Source: a virus (taxonomy: Duplodnaviria > Caudoviricetes). From it: a stretch of 34,865 bases of DNA. A model generated the notes under the pieces. It was not told the origin of the DNA. It did not search any database and saw only the letters and a list, made by a program, of their open reading frames with translations. Of the stretch, positions 26,937 to 34,865 are shown piece by piece. The stretch covers positions 1 through 34,865 of the IMG/VR virus record IMGVR_UViG_3300025530_000409; one strand, written 5' to 3'. Position 1 is the stretch's first letter. Each line of letters starts with the position of its first letter. The position numbers and the translations under genes were made by a program.

Positions 26937-27833
26937 TCAGGCTCCTTTCGTCATGGGATTGGTCTGGGCCGGCTGCTGCGGTAGATCGAAGTCGAGATCG
27001 GCGCTCGCCTGCGCGCCGGAACCCGCGCGGATCTTCGCCATCAGGCGGCCGAGATGGGCCTGCTCGATCATCGAGAGCCGGCCGCTGCGGTCCTTCGCCG
27101 GAAAGCCGAAATCGTTGATCGTGGTGCAGACGAAGGCCCGGAAGGGCGCGCCTTCCTGGGGGCGGATTTCCGCGAGGGTGATGACCTCGTCGACGATGCC
27201 GGGCAACTCAAGGCCGGTCTTCGAGCCCTCGATCTGCATCGCGAAATACGGCTTGCCGAAATCGTCGATCTTCCGGTCGAGCAGACCCACGAGCCAGATG
27301 TTCTTTCGCGGCGTGTGCTGCAAATGCGTGAGCCAGCCGATCATTTCCTGGCCCAAAAGCCCGTAGGCGCCCCGCAGGTCGAGCTTGCCGCTGCGATCCG
27401 ACTGCGCCTGCGGCTGCCCCTTGCACCACTGCATGCAGATGCGCGAGGCGACGGAGATCGAGTCGACGAAGATCGTGTCGTATTTGTCGAGCAGGGACGG
27501 ATCGCCGAAGGCGGCGCAGACGCGGTCGTAGTCGCGCTGGCTGTAAGGTTGATCCTCGCGCATCGCCGGGTTGGGACCGCCGATCCAGCAGGCGAGGTCG
27601 CGGGCGCGCTCCCAGTCGCGGACCCGGATTTCGTCGCCGGGCCAGCCCTGAACGGCCAGTTCGCCGGCCTCGAGATTGACGAACAGGGTGCGCTCGGGAT
27701 CGAGCGTCCAGAGCTGGCTGGTCTTGCCGATGCCGGAAATGCCGGTCAGCACCCCCTTGATGCCGCGCGTCTCGCGCAGGCGTTCGTCGGCGGTGATGAT
27801 CTTCAGCGGGGCGGGTTGGAAGGGCGCGCTCAT
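26937..27833 (-). CDS. AAA_24/Sak4-like phage NTP-binding protein
   Basis: Walker A GISGIGKTS, Walker B IFVDSIS, ELPGIVDEV, AKDRSG; start MSAPFQ overlaps the upstream stop. Confidence 0.88.
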   Translation of the reverse strand: MSAPFQPAPLKIITADERLRETRGIKGVLTGISGIGKTSQLWTLDPERTLFVNLEAGELAVQGWPGDEIRVRDWERARDLACWIGGPNPAMREDQPYSQRDYDRVCAAFGDPSLLDKYDTIFVDSISVASRICMQWCKGQPQAQSDRSGKLDLRGAYGLLGQEMIGWLTHLQHTPRKNIWLVGLLDRKIDDFGKPYFAMQIEGSKTGLELPGIVDEVITLAEIRPQEGAPFRAFVCTTINDFGFPAKDRSGRLSMIEQAHLGRLMAKIRAGSGAQASADLDFDLPQQPAQTNPMTKGA

Positions 27834-28120
27834 TTGCGCGCCTCCAGATCGCGGACGGCGGATGCGACGGCGTTGTCGCTGCCTTTCGCACCCTGACGCC
27901 GCGCCATGCGCAGCATGTCCTCCAGCGCCATGATGGTCTGGCCAAGGCTGCGGCGCTCTTCCTCGAGCGCGACGAGGGCAAAGGCGATGTCGTCGACGCT
28001 TGCGCGGTCCACCGGGCGTGTGCGCGCGGCGCGATCCGCCAGCGGCGGGATGGCGATGGTATCGGGAAGTGGCGCCAACCAGGTCGACTGCCGGAGTTTT
28101 TCGAGGGGGGATTTGAACAT
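27830..28120 (-). CDS. Hypothetical protein (96 aa)
   Basis: ATG 28120 with AAAGGAG SD; first gene of the leftward operon. Confidence 0.75.
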   Translation of the reverse strand: MFKSPLEKLRQSTWLAPLPDTIAIPPLADRAARTRPVDRASVDDIAFALVALEEERRSLGQTIMALEDMLRMARRQGAKGSDNAVASAVRDLEARK

Positions 28121-28260
28121 CTGCTGCTCCTTTTCGTCTTGCCCAGGGCTCGTCCGCAAGGTGTCGGCTGCCGGGCCCGACGCCGCCCTGGAGCTCGCGG
28201 TCGGGGTGTTTCCCTGAGGGTCTTTCATTCCCCCGAAGGCCCGGCATGAATTGGCTTGAG
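28121..28260 (-). ncRNA. Candidate structured leader RNA
   Basis: 9-bp closing stem TGCCGGGCC/GGCCCGGCA (28238-28246/28169-28177) enclosing TCGGGG/CCCCGA and CCGC/GCGG stems; CCAGGGC (28185-28191) is complementary to downstream GCCCTGG (28143-28149). Confidence 0.5.
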
Positions 28261-28300
28261 TGCTTGCCCTCACTTACCGGCGCGGGGCCGCAACTGTCGG
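28261..28300 (-). promoter_or_regulatory. Promoter-like motif copy 1 (CCGACAG-N8-CCGCGCCGGTAAGTGAGGGCAAGCA)
   Basis: 30/40 identical and gap-free against 31406-31445 on the opposite strand; heads the leftward operon. Confidence 0.7.
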
Positions 28301-28879
28301 GACAGCCTCGAAATACCCGTCGAGGCCCATCTCGGTGGCGATCTCGCGGATCCTGCCCAGACGCTCGTAGATCGTGCTCCGGTGAACGCCGAGCGCGCGT
28401 GCTGCCTCCGAGATGCTGAGCTGGCTGACGGCCAACGCGACCTGCCGCGTCGCCGGGCAGAGCGCGGCCAAGAGCCTGCCGACATCGCCGCGCAGGCCGG
28501 GACCGTGGGCGAGCGAAAACGCGTCGACGGGATCGAGTGCGGCGGCCTCGGGCAGCACGTCCGAGAGGGTCAGGCCCCCGTCGTCATCGCTGACCGGCGC
28601 GTCGATGCAGAGCATGGCCCGTTCGGCGTGCATGGCCATGGTGCTGCTCGCAAGCGTCGCCACGCGATTGGCGACGATGCGATCTGCGAAGGTGTCGAAG
28701 GAGGATTTCGCCGGATCGAAGTTCCGTGCGCGCCGGATCAGATCGAGGCGCAGTTCCTGCTCGATGTCCTCGGCATCGAGCCCCGGCACGGCGCCCGAGC
28801 GCGCCAGGCGCGCTGCGCGGATGCGGATATTGCGGGAAATGCGGGTGGTGGGATCGGTAAGCTGTTGAAGCTGCTCCAT
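28274..28879 (-). CDS. Sigma-70-family (ECF-like) RNA polymerase sigma factor
   Basis: Region 2 DAEDIEQELRLDLIRRARNFDPAKSSFDTFADRIVANR; region 4 HTH SISEAARALGVHRSTIYERL. Confidence 0.85.
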   Translation of the reverse strand: MEQLQQLTDPTTRISRNIRIRAARLARSGAVPGLDAEDIEQELRLDLIRRARNFDPAKSSFDTFADRIVANRVATLASSTMAMHAERAMLCIDAPVSDDDGGLTLSDVLPEAAALDPVDAFSLAHGPGLRGDVGRLLAALCPATRQVALAVSQLSISEAARALGVHRSTIYERLGRIREIATEMGLDGYFEAVPTVAAPRR

Positions 28880-28929
28880 GGTTTTCGCCTTCGTCCAGGT
28901 GGACGGGCACGCGGCCCGAGTACCCGGCT

Positions 28930-29066
28930 CCGGCGAAATTTCGCTGGGACGGCGGTTGGAGCAGCTTCGGCACGAAGAAAAATCGCCGAGGAGCCTTGCT
29001 CCCCGGCGGTTTCACAACCCAGATTTTTTCGAGATTTTTCAGCGGCGCCCGGCGAAATTTCGTTGG
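28930..29066. promoter_or_regulatory. Pair of 18-bp palindromic operator-like sites upstream of the sigma gene
   Basis: CCGGCGAAATTTCGCTGG (28930-28947) and CCGGCGAAATTTCGTTGG (29049-29066), 17/18 identical. Confidence 0.65.
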
Positions 29067-30142
29067 CGCTGACCCTGGCGGCCCTGTTCGAGATCATCCG
29101 CGCGGACAACGAAGCGGGTGACATAGTTACCCTCGTCGGTCGGGATGGGCTCGTCGGCAATCCCGAAGCTGTCGCGCAGCGCCTTGGACAGGGCCTGCTT
29201 CTGTTTCTGGTGCTTCGAGGTTTCCGTTGGATTGCCCCTGTGCACCGCAAGCCGGCCGCCACTCAGCGCGAACGCCTTGAGATAGGTCCACACGGCCTTC
29301 GGCTTGCCGTTCTTTGCGTTCTTCATGCCGAGTTGATCGGGCTCGAAACGTCGTGTCTCGCCCCGGAAGGTGACATTCAGAACCTCGTTGGCGATGAAGC
29401 GCATGGTGATGTCTTCCCAGCGCGCATCGGGCGGAAGCGGCCAGGCCAGCCCCTGTGCCGAGTCCTCCGCGTCGCGCCCAACCGCGTCACGCAGTGGCGC
29501 GAACATCTCGGTTGCCGGACGGGCTGGCGCGAACACCCCATCATCCACGATCAAGATGTCCGCGAGCGCCATGCGCGTCACGCCGGCCCGGTCGAGGGCC
29601 GTGATCAATGCATCAGGCAGCGATGCGGCCGTGGGAGTCAGCAGGAGCCGCGGGCCGAAGGTGTCGAGGACTTCCGCGAAAGGACGAGGATCCGCGTCGG
29701 TCGATGGGCCCGGCAATGCGAGGAACACCGGAAAGCCGCGGCCGGCGTAGACGTCGTGAGTTCCAATGCGTGTGACTGCGCCCGGCGTGCCGCGCCCCGG
29801 CTGATACGGCGAAAGCCCAAGCGCTCGGGCGATGTGCTTCGCGAGGTCGGCGCGATCCACGCGCAGGATGGCGATGTCGTCTGCATCGAGGTCGAGATCG
29901 TCACAGGCCCTGGGGCGGTCGCCACAGACTGCGCGGATCGAGCCGTCGGCATGGCAGATGACGTGGCGCGGGCATCCCTCGCCGCCCGGCGAGGGACAGG
30001 GCAGTTCTCGCGCGCGGCCTGCCTTCCTTAGCAGATGTTCGACAACTTTGAATTCCGCGCCGAGTGTCGTCTGCCATTCCCATCGGCTGGCGGCGGCGCC
30101 CGAAAATTCGTCAAGCGCTTTCCAGAACCTCGAAATCCGCAT
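29039..30142 (-). CDS. Hypothetical regulator: N-terminal Cys cluster, C-terminal winged-helix-like domain
   Basis: CPSPGGEGC...C...C; C-terminal AVWTYLKAFA...QKQKQALSKALRDSFG...PIPTDEGNYVTRF resembles an OmpR-type wHTH. Confidence 0.7.
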   Translation of the reverse strand: MRISRFWKALDEFSGAAASRWEWQTTLGAEFKVVEHLLRKAGRARELPCPSPGGEGCPRHVICHADGSIRAVCGDRPRACDDLDLDADDIAILRVDRADLAKHIARALGLSPYQPGRGTPGAVTRIGTHDVYAGRGFPVFLALPGPSTDADPRPFAEVLDTFGPRLLLTPTAASLPDALITALDRAGVTRMALADILIVDDGVFAPARPATEMFAPLRDAVGRDAEDSAQGLAWPLPPDARWEDITMRFIANEVLNVTFRGETRRFEPDQLGMKNAKNGKPKAVWTYLKAFALSGGRLAVHRGNPTETSKHQKQKQALSKALRDSFGIADEPIPTDEGNYVTRFVVRADDLEQGRQGQRQRNFAGRR

Positions 30143-31310
30143 CCTCGTCCGCCTCGCCTGGAACCCGCCAGAAGCCGCGCGCCCGCAGCCAGGCCTCGAT
30201 GAGATGTTCGTCCTCCTGCCTCTCGTAGCGGGCGATGTTGGCGGGGCGGATGGTCACGGAGCGCTCGCGCTTCGAGCCTTCGAAGGCGAAGCGGAAGGTC
30301 GCGTGCGTGAACTGCCCGCCATTGAGGCGCCTTTGCCAGTTGTCGCCGAAAGCCTTGAACAGATCCTCGGACTTTCGGATCTCCAGCTCCGAGACCTTGC
30401 CCGGCCACCGGCGGCCGAATTCCACCAGACGCACCCCGGCGATACCATCGATGTCGTCGTGGACGAGCGCCTCGGGGCCGTGTTCGAGAAGCGGTGCGAG
30501 CGTATAACGCTCCGCCAGGTCGAAATAGGCGTCGCTGCCGAACAAGAGCTCGCCGAAGGTCTTGAGGTAGAGTTCACGCTCGCCCTTGGTGGAGGCATTG
30601 ACGCCCATCTCGTCGGTGGCGCTGTCGTAGATCAGCACGTCGTGCTGTTGCGGGCGATAGAAGGCGTGGCTGCCTTCACCCTCGTCCTCGTGCTTGCCCT
30701 CGCGCCGCATGGGGCTGCCGTGCCGGACGAGGATCCAGATCTTTTCGTCGCGGGGAAAGACGAAGATGCGGCTGTTTCGCCCCCGGCGCTTCTTCTCGAA
30801 CCAGTCGTCCATCCGATCCTGGATGGTTTTCGCTACCTCATCCGAAATTTTGGGCAAGTCCTTCTTTGCCTTCGCCAAGCGCGAGCCCGCGAAATACATG
30901 AAGTTCGAGCGCTTGAAGGCCACGGTTTCCGCGTGCTGGCGTTGCAGGAGCATCGGGTTTGCGAGCCAGATCTGGACGGAAACATCGGCCGCGGTCGGTT
31001 CGTGCTCTGCGTCGATCGCGATTCCTGCCGCCTCGGCCTGTTCGAGCAATTCCTCCATGCTCTCGTGGCTGGCGGTCTCATGCACGTAATAGAGCGCATC
31101 GACCATCGCGTCGGGGACGTTCTCGTCGGGGTTCATCAGGATGGCGGCGATGTCCTCGAGCGGCAGTTCGTCGACGGGCGCGGCGGCAAGATCAAGGCCC
31201 CGACCAACGAAATAACCGTTCCACCTGGAGAGGAAGGTCTTCAGGCGGTCCGGGGAAATTTGCTTCAGGCGATCGGGATTGGTGAAAATTCTTGGATTGA
31301 ATGAAGGCAT
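30111..31310 (-). CDS. Hypothetical protein (399 aa)
   Basis: Long ORF with GGAG SD before MPSFNPR; overlaps the next gene by 32 bp. Confidence 0.8.
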   Translation of the reverse strand: MPSFNPRIFTNPDRLKQISPDRLKTFLSRWNGYFVGRGLDLAAAPVDELPLEDIAAILMNPDENVPDAMVDALYYVHETASHESMEELLEQAEAAGIAIDAEHEPTAADVSVQIWLANPMLLQRQHAETVAFKRSNFMYFAGSRLAKAKKDLPKISDEVAKTIQDRMDDWFEKKRRGRNSRIFVFPRDEKIWILVRHGSPMRREGKHEDEGEGSHAFYRPQQHDVLIYDSATDEMGVNASTKGERELYLKTFGELLFGSDAYFDLAERYTLAPLLEHGPEALVHDDIDGIAGVRLVEFGRRWPGKVSELEIRKSEDLFKAFGDNWQRRLNGGQFTHATFRFAFEGSKRERSVTIRPANIARYERQEDEHLIEAWLRARGFWRVPGEADEDADFEVLESA

Positions 31311-31343
31311 CAGAATCGCTCCGGCCAAGCTGCTCGTGAGGCG

Positions 31344-31372
31344 AAAATAGATGCGCGCCGTGCTCGCCACAA
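31344..31372 (-). promoter_or_regulatory. Sigma-70-type promoter for the 399-aa/367-aa operon
   Basis: Minus strand TTGTGG-N17-TATTTT. Confidence 0.5.
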
Positions 31373-31378
31373 GATTGT

Positions 31379-31393
31379 GTTCATGAAACGTTC
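31379..31393. promoter_or_regulatory. Alphaproteobacterial LexA (SOS) box
   Basis: GTTC-ATGAAAC-GTTC, an exact GTTC-N7-GTTC, in the divergent intergenic region. Confidence 0.7.
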
Positions 31394-31405
31394 CATCCTG
31401 CCGAT

Positions 31406-31445
31406 CCGACAGGCCGAGAGCCGCGCCGGTATGTGAGGACAGGCA
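31406..31445 (+). promoter_or_regulatory. Promoter-like motif copy 2 (CCGACAG-N8-CCGCGCCGGTATGTGAGGACAGGCA)
   Basis: Matches 28261-28300 (minus strand) at 30/40; heads the rightward replication operon. Confidence 0.7.
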
Positions 31446-31460
31446 GCTGGAGCATTCCCC

Positions 31461-31547
31461 ATGATCGCAATTCTCGATCGCGCCCGGCGCGGTTCCATCA
31501 CCACGTTTCTCATCCGTCTCGCGCGCATCGCGGGAGGCGTTTCATGA
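31461..31547 (+). CDS. 28-aa small ORF; absent from ORF track
   Basis: MIAILDRARRGSITTFLIRLARIAGGVS; GGAG SD; ATGA overlap with the next gene. Confidence 0.45.
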   Translation: MIAILDRARRGSITTFLIRLARIAGGVS

Positions 31548-31750
31548 TCGATCCGGACGCGCGCGAGCGGCAAGCGCTTCACGCCGCCATGAAATTCATG
31601 GGCGAGCTGATGGCCGAGATCGGCTGGGCGACCCGTTTCAACGAACTCTCGGCCGAGCAGGCCCGGGCGCTCGCCGAAGCCGCCATCGACGGATTTCAGG
31701 AGGCCATGGCCACCTCGGCACCGAAGTCCGACACGGAGATTCCCTTCTGA
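31544..31750 (+). CDS. DUF6511-like small phage protein
   Basis: MGELMAEIGWATRFNELS...IDGFQEAM...EIPF; GGGAGG SD. Confidence 0.75.
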   Translation: MIDPDARERQALHAAMKFMGELMAEIGWATRFNELSAEQARALAEAAIDGFQEAMATSAPKSDTEIPF

Positions 31751-32496
31751 TGGCGGCGCTTCTGGACTTCAACCATCGGGAGAAGCAACCCGGTTTCGCG
31801 GACGTGGTGAACGCTCTCATCGATACCGCCCTGACAGCCGAGAACGCCGAGCGACCTTCGCGCGACTATCTCGGGGGCAGCCGGCTGGGCGATGCCTGCC
31901 AGCGACGGCTGCAATACGAATATCTCAAGGTGCCGAAGGACGACGGCGCGGAATTTACCGGGCGCTCCTTGCGCATCTTCGCGCTTGGTCATGTGCTCGA
32001 GGAGCTCGCGATCGGCTGGCTGCGCAAGGCCGGCTTCGATCTCAGAACGCGCAACCGCCATGGCGAACAGTTCGGGTTTTCCGCCGCTGGCGGTCGCCTG
32101 CAGGGGCATGCGGATGGCGTCATCGTGGCCGCGCCAGACGGCATGGCGGTTCCGGCGCTCTGGGAGTGCAAGTCGGCCAATGCGAAGAACTGGCGCGACA
32201 TCGCCAGGCGCGGCGTGGTCAAGGCCAAGCCGATCTATGCGGCGCAGATCGCGCTCTATCAGGCCTATCTCGGGCTCACCGATGCGCCGGCGCTCTTCAC
32301 CGCGATCAACAAGGACAGCTGCGAGATCTGGCACGAGCTGGTCCCGTTCGATGCCGAACGCGCGCAGTCCGCCAGCGACAAGGCGGTGCGGATCCTGCGC
32401 GCCTGCGACGCGGGCGAACTCTTGCCCCGGCACACGGAGGATCCCGAGCATTTCGAATGCCGCTTCTGTGCCTGGAAGGAGAGGTGCTGGGCATGA
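31750..32496 (+). CDS. PD-(D/E)XK exonuclease (Cas4/phage exonuclease-like)
   Basis: YLGGSRLGDACQR, GHADG, WECKS, YAAQIALY, C-terminal CRFC...C. Confidence 0.88.
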   Translation: MAALLDFNHREKQPGFADVVNALIDTALTAENAERPSRDYLGGSRLGDACQRRLQYEYLKVPKDDGAEFTGRSLRIFALGHVLEELAIGWLRKAGFDLRTRNRHGEQFGFSAAGGRLQGHADGVIVAAPDGMAVPALWECKSANAKNWRDIARRGVVKAKPIYAAQIALYQAYLGLTDAPALFTAINKDSCEIWHELVPFDAERAQSASDKAVRILRACDAGELLPRHTEDPEHFECRFCAWKERCWA

Positions 32497-34865
32497 CGGA
32501 CGCGCCAATGTGCAGCCCCGACACGACGCTCGCTCCGGATTGCGACATGATCGCGACCTACGCAAGCGTGGTGTTCGGCTATTGCGAGCATCTGGTGCCG
32601 GTGCGGGCGCTGGCCGAGAAGGGGGCGACGGACGCGCCTCCGCACACGCCGTTTCTGCCCGCCGACGACAGGCTCGCCGAGATGCTTGCGCGCCAGGCGA
32701 GCTGGGCGGCGAACGCGGACATGGCGCTTTTCGTCGTGCCAGGCACGGTCGAGAATCCTGGCGATGCCCGCGCCGAGCACATCCTGCAGACGCAGGTCTT
32801 GCTGGTCGATCTCGACCATGGCGACATCGCGGCGAAACGCGCCCATCTCGAACGCCATGTTGGGCGACCCACTCTGGTCGTGGCCTCGGGCGGTGTGACG
32901 GCGGAGGGTCAGCGCAAGCTGCACCTCTACTGGCGCCTGACCGAGCCGGCGGAAGGCGAAGACGTCGCCCGCGTGTGCCGGCTGCGCCAGACGATTGCCG
33001 CGAAGGTCGGCGGCGATCCGGCCTTCAAATCCGCCCATCAGCCGATCCGCGTCGCGGGCAGCATCCACGCGAAAGGCGGCAGCCGACGGCTCGTCGAGAT
33101 CGTCGATCACGCCGAGATCGATCACGACCTTGGCGAACTCACCGAGGCAATCCTGGCGATGCCGCCGATGGAGGGGCTCTCGGATGACGCGCTCGATTTC
33201 AACGGCGCCGGTCGCGGAGGCGACTCGGTCCCGGAACTGTTCGGGCGTCCGGTTCGCGAAGGCGGCGTCGACGGCACGACCCGCTTCGATGCGCTTTCGC
33301 GCGTCATCGGCTACTGGATCCGACGCTGCCGCGAAGGGCACGTCACGCCGGGCGAGGCCTGGGACGAGATCAAGAGCTACAACCTCGCCCGCATCGATCC
33401 GCCCTGGCCAGAGGACAGGCTGAAAAAGGAAGCCGAGCGTCTCTGGCAGCGCGATCTCGAGCGCAATGGGGCCTTCGACGACGAACTTTCCGAGGGCGCC
33501 GATGGCGGTGGCGGAGACAATAACGGCCCGACACCCGTGCGTTTCAGCGAGGACGCGCTGGCGGCGCGCTTTGCAGAAAGGCACGCGGATCGCTGGCGCT
33601 ACGTGGCCGGATGGGGACAGTGGCTCACCTGGACCGGGGTGGTCTGGCGGCGCGAGGACACGCTGCAGGCCTTCGATCTCGCGCGCCAGGTCTGCCGCGA
33701 GGCGGCGGTCCGCGCACCGTCTGCGCGTGTTCGCACCAAGCTGTCCACGGCCGCAACTGTGGCCGCTGTCGAGCGGCTCGCCCGCAGCGATCGCAGGCAT
33801 GCCAGCACGACCGAGATCTGGGACCGCGACCCCTGGCTTCTGAACACCGGCGATGGCGTGATCGACCTTCGCACAGGCGCGCAGTCCGCCCACGATCCGC
33901 AGCTCTTCATGACCAAGGTCGCGGGCGCGGCCTCGAAGGGCGCCTGTCCGACATGGGAGGCGTTCCTTGACACGGTCACGGGCGGCGATGTCGAGCTGCA
34001 GGCCTATCTGCGCCGAATGGCCGGTTACTGCCTGACCGGTGTGACCACCGAACACGCGCTGTTCTTCCTCTACGGCACCGGCGCCAACGGCAAATCGGTC
34101 TTTGCCAACACGCTGACCGCGATCATGGGCGATTACGCGACTGTCGCGGCCATGGACATGTTCATGGCCACCCATGGCGACCGCCATCCGACCGACATGG
34201 CGGGCTTGCGCGGCGCGCGGATCGTGACCTCCATCGAGACCGAACAGGGAAGTCGCTGGGCCGAAAGCAAGCTGAAGGCCCTCACCGGCGGCGACAAGAT
34301 CACCGCCCGCTTCATGCGGCAGGACTTCTTCGAGTTCATCCCGCAGTTCAAGCTTCTGATCGTCGGCAACCACAAGCCGTCCATTCGCAACGTGGACGAG
34401 GCAATGAAGCGACGGCTGCACATGGTGCCCTTCACGGTCACCATCCCGCCGGCCAAACGCGACCGCTGCCTGTCCGACAGGCTTCTGGCCGAGCGTGACG
34501 GCATCCTCGCTTGGGCGCTCCGGGGCTGCCTGGAGTGGCAGGAGACCGGACTGCGCCCGCCCGAGGCCGTGATGGCGGCGACCGAGGATTACTTCGAGGC
34601 AGAAGACGCGCTCGGGCGGTGGCTGGAGGAGTGCTGCGATGTCGGCAGCTCATCGTTCGAGTCCGGATCGACCGAGCTTTTCAACAGCTGGAAGAGCTGG
34701 GCGGAGGCGAACGGAGAATACGCCGGCTCGATGAAGCGCTTCTCGGAGACCCTGAGCGCCCGCGGCTTCGAAAAATTCAAGACCAGCACGGTGCGCGGGT
34801 TTCGCGGGATCGCCGTGAGGGACAACAAGACCGACCTTTTCGAGGGGGACTACAATGACCAGTAA
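32493..34865 (+). CDS. P4-family primase-helicase (AEP primase + D5/SF3 helicase)
   Basis: LVDLD, VVASGG and HLYWRL primase motifs; WDRDPWLLN; Walker A GTGANGKS; LTGGDKITARFM; GNHKP. Confidence 0.93.
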   Translation: MTDAPMCSPDTTLAPDCDMIATYASVVFGYCEHLVPVRALAEKGATDAPPHTPFLPADDRLAEMLARQASWAANADMALFVVPGTVENPGDARAEHILQTQVLLVDLDHGDIAAKRAHLERHVGRPTLVVASGGVTAEGQRKLHLYWRLTEPAEGEDVARVCRLRQTIAAKVGGDPAFKSAHQPIRVAGSIHAKGGSRRLVEIVDHAEIDHDLGELTEAILAMPPMEGLSDDALDFNGAGRGGDSVPELFGRPVREGGVDGTTRFDALSRVIGYWIRRCREGHVTPGEAWDEIKSYNLARIDPPWPEDRLKKEAERLWQRDLERNGAFDDELSEGADGGGGDNNGPTPVRFSEDALAARFAERHADRWRYVAGWGQWLTWTGVVWRREDTLQAFDLARQVCREAAVRAPSARVRTKLSTAATVAAVERLARSDRRHASTTEIWDRDPWLLNTGDGVIDLRTGAQSAHDPQLFMTKVAGAASKGACPTWEAFLDTVTGGDVELQAYLRRMAGYCLTGVTTEHALFFLYGTGANGKSVFANTLTAIMGDYATVAAMDMFMATHGDRHPTDMAGLRGARIVTSIETEQGSRWAESKLKALTGGDKITARFMRQDFFEFIPQFKLLIVGNHKPSIRNVDEAMKRRLHMVPFTVTIPPAKRDRCLSDRLLAERDGILAWALRGCLEWQETGLRPPEAVMAATEDYFEAEDALGRWLEECCDVGSSSFESGSTELFNSWKSWAEANGEYAGSMKRFSETLSARGFEKFKTSTVRGFRGIAVRDNKTDLFEGDYNDQ

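Larger units (their letters stand above)
15469..34865. mobile_element. Element B: phage-like large-serine-recombinase island/prophage downstream of the tRNA-Ser 3' end; right end outside window
   Basis: LSR + DUF2924, phage-type helicase/NTPase/nuclease/P4-like primase, R-M cargo next to the tRNA end. Confidence 0.75.

Noticed and set aside
28200-28240. Hammerhead ribozyme (minus strand ATGA...GAAAC)
   Set aside because: The conserved CUGAnGA core is missing (GGAATGA instead)
31750-32496. Cas4 indicating a CRISPR-Cas locus
   Set aside because: No repeat-spacer array or other cas genes seen; the context is a phage-type replication operon
16065-34421. Long antisense or alternate-frame ORFs (e.g. 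16065-17501, 19035-20570, 28256-30031, 29832-31304, 32265-34421)
   Set aside because: They shadow well-supported genes on the opposite strand, as expected from high-GC codon bias, and carry no motifs

Overview
High-GC, probably alphaproteobacterial DNA (inferred from GC content, gene families and a GTTC-N7-GTTC LexA box). It holds two tandem mobile elements that meet at a displaced 3' half of a tRNA-Ser(GCT) gene (15409-15468). Element A (1-15468, left end outside the window) looks like an integrative mobilisable element. It carries a tyrosine integrase, a ColE2-type primase/replicase with a probable antisense RNA, a MobS/MobC-like gene next to an oriT-like hairpin region, an apparent IcmV/TraX-DotA/TraY fusion with no other T4SS genes in view, a cassette of tiny coupled ORFs, a double-HTH/phage-Dam methyltransferase fusion and a PIN + KAP-NTPase pair. 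Element B (15469-34865, right end outside the window) is a phage-like, large-serine-recombinase island. It carries a type I R-M/PrrC locus with a half-size HsdS, a recombination/helicase operon and a nuclease-primase operon. Its regulatory core can be read from the DNA as a hypothesis: a LexA box, then two unknown genes (one with a Cys cluster and winged helix), then paired 18-bp palindromes, then an island-encoded sigma factor, then two divergent copies of a 40-bp promoter-like motif heading both operons, one followed by a structured leader RNA. All protein calls come from motif recognition; no database searches were run.
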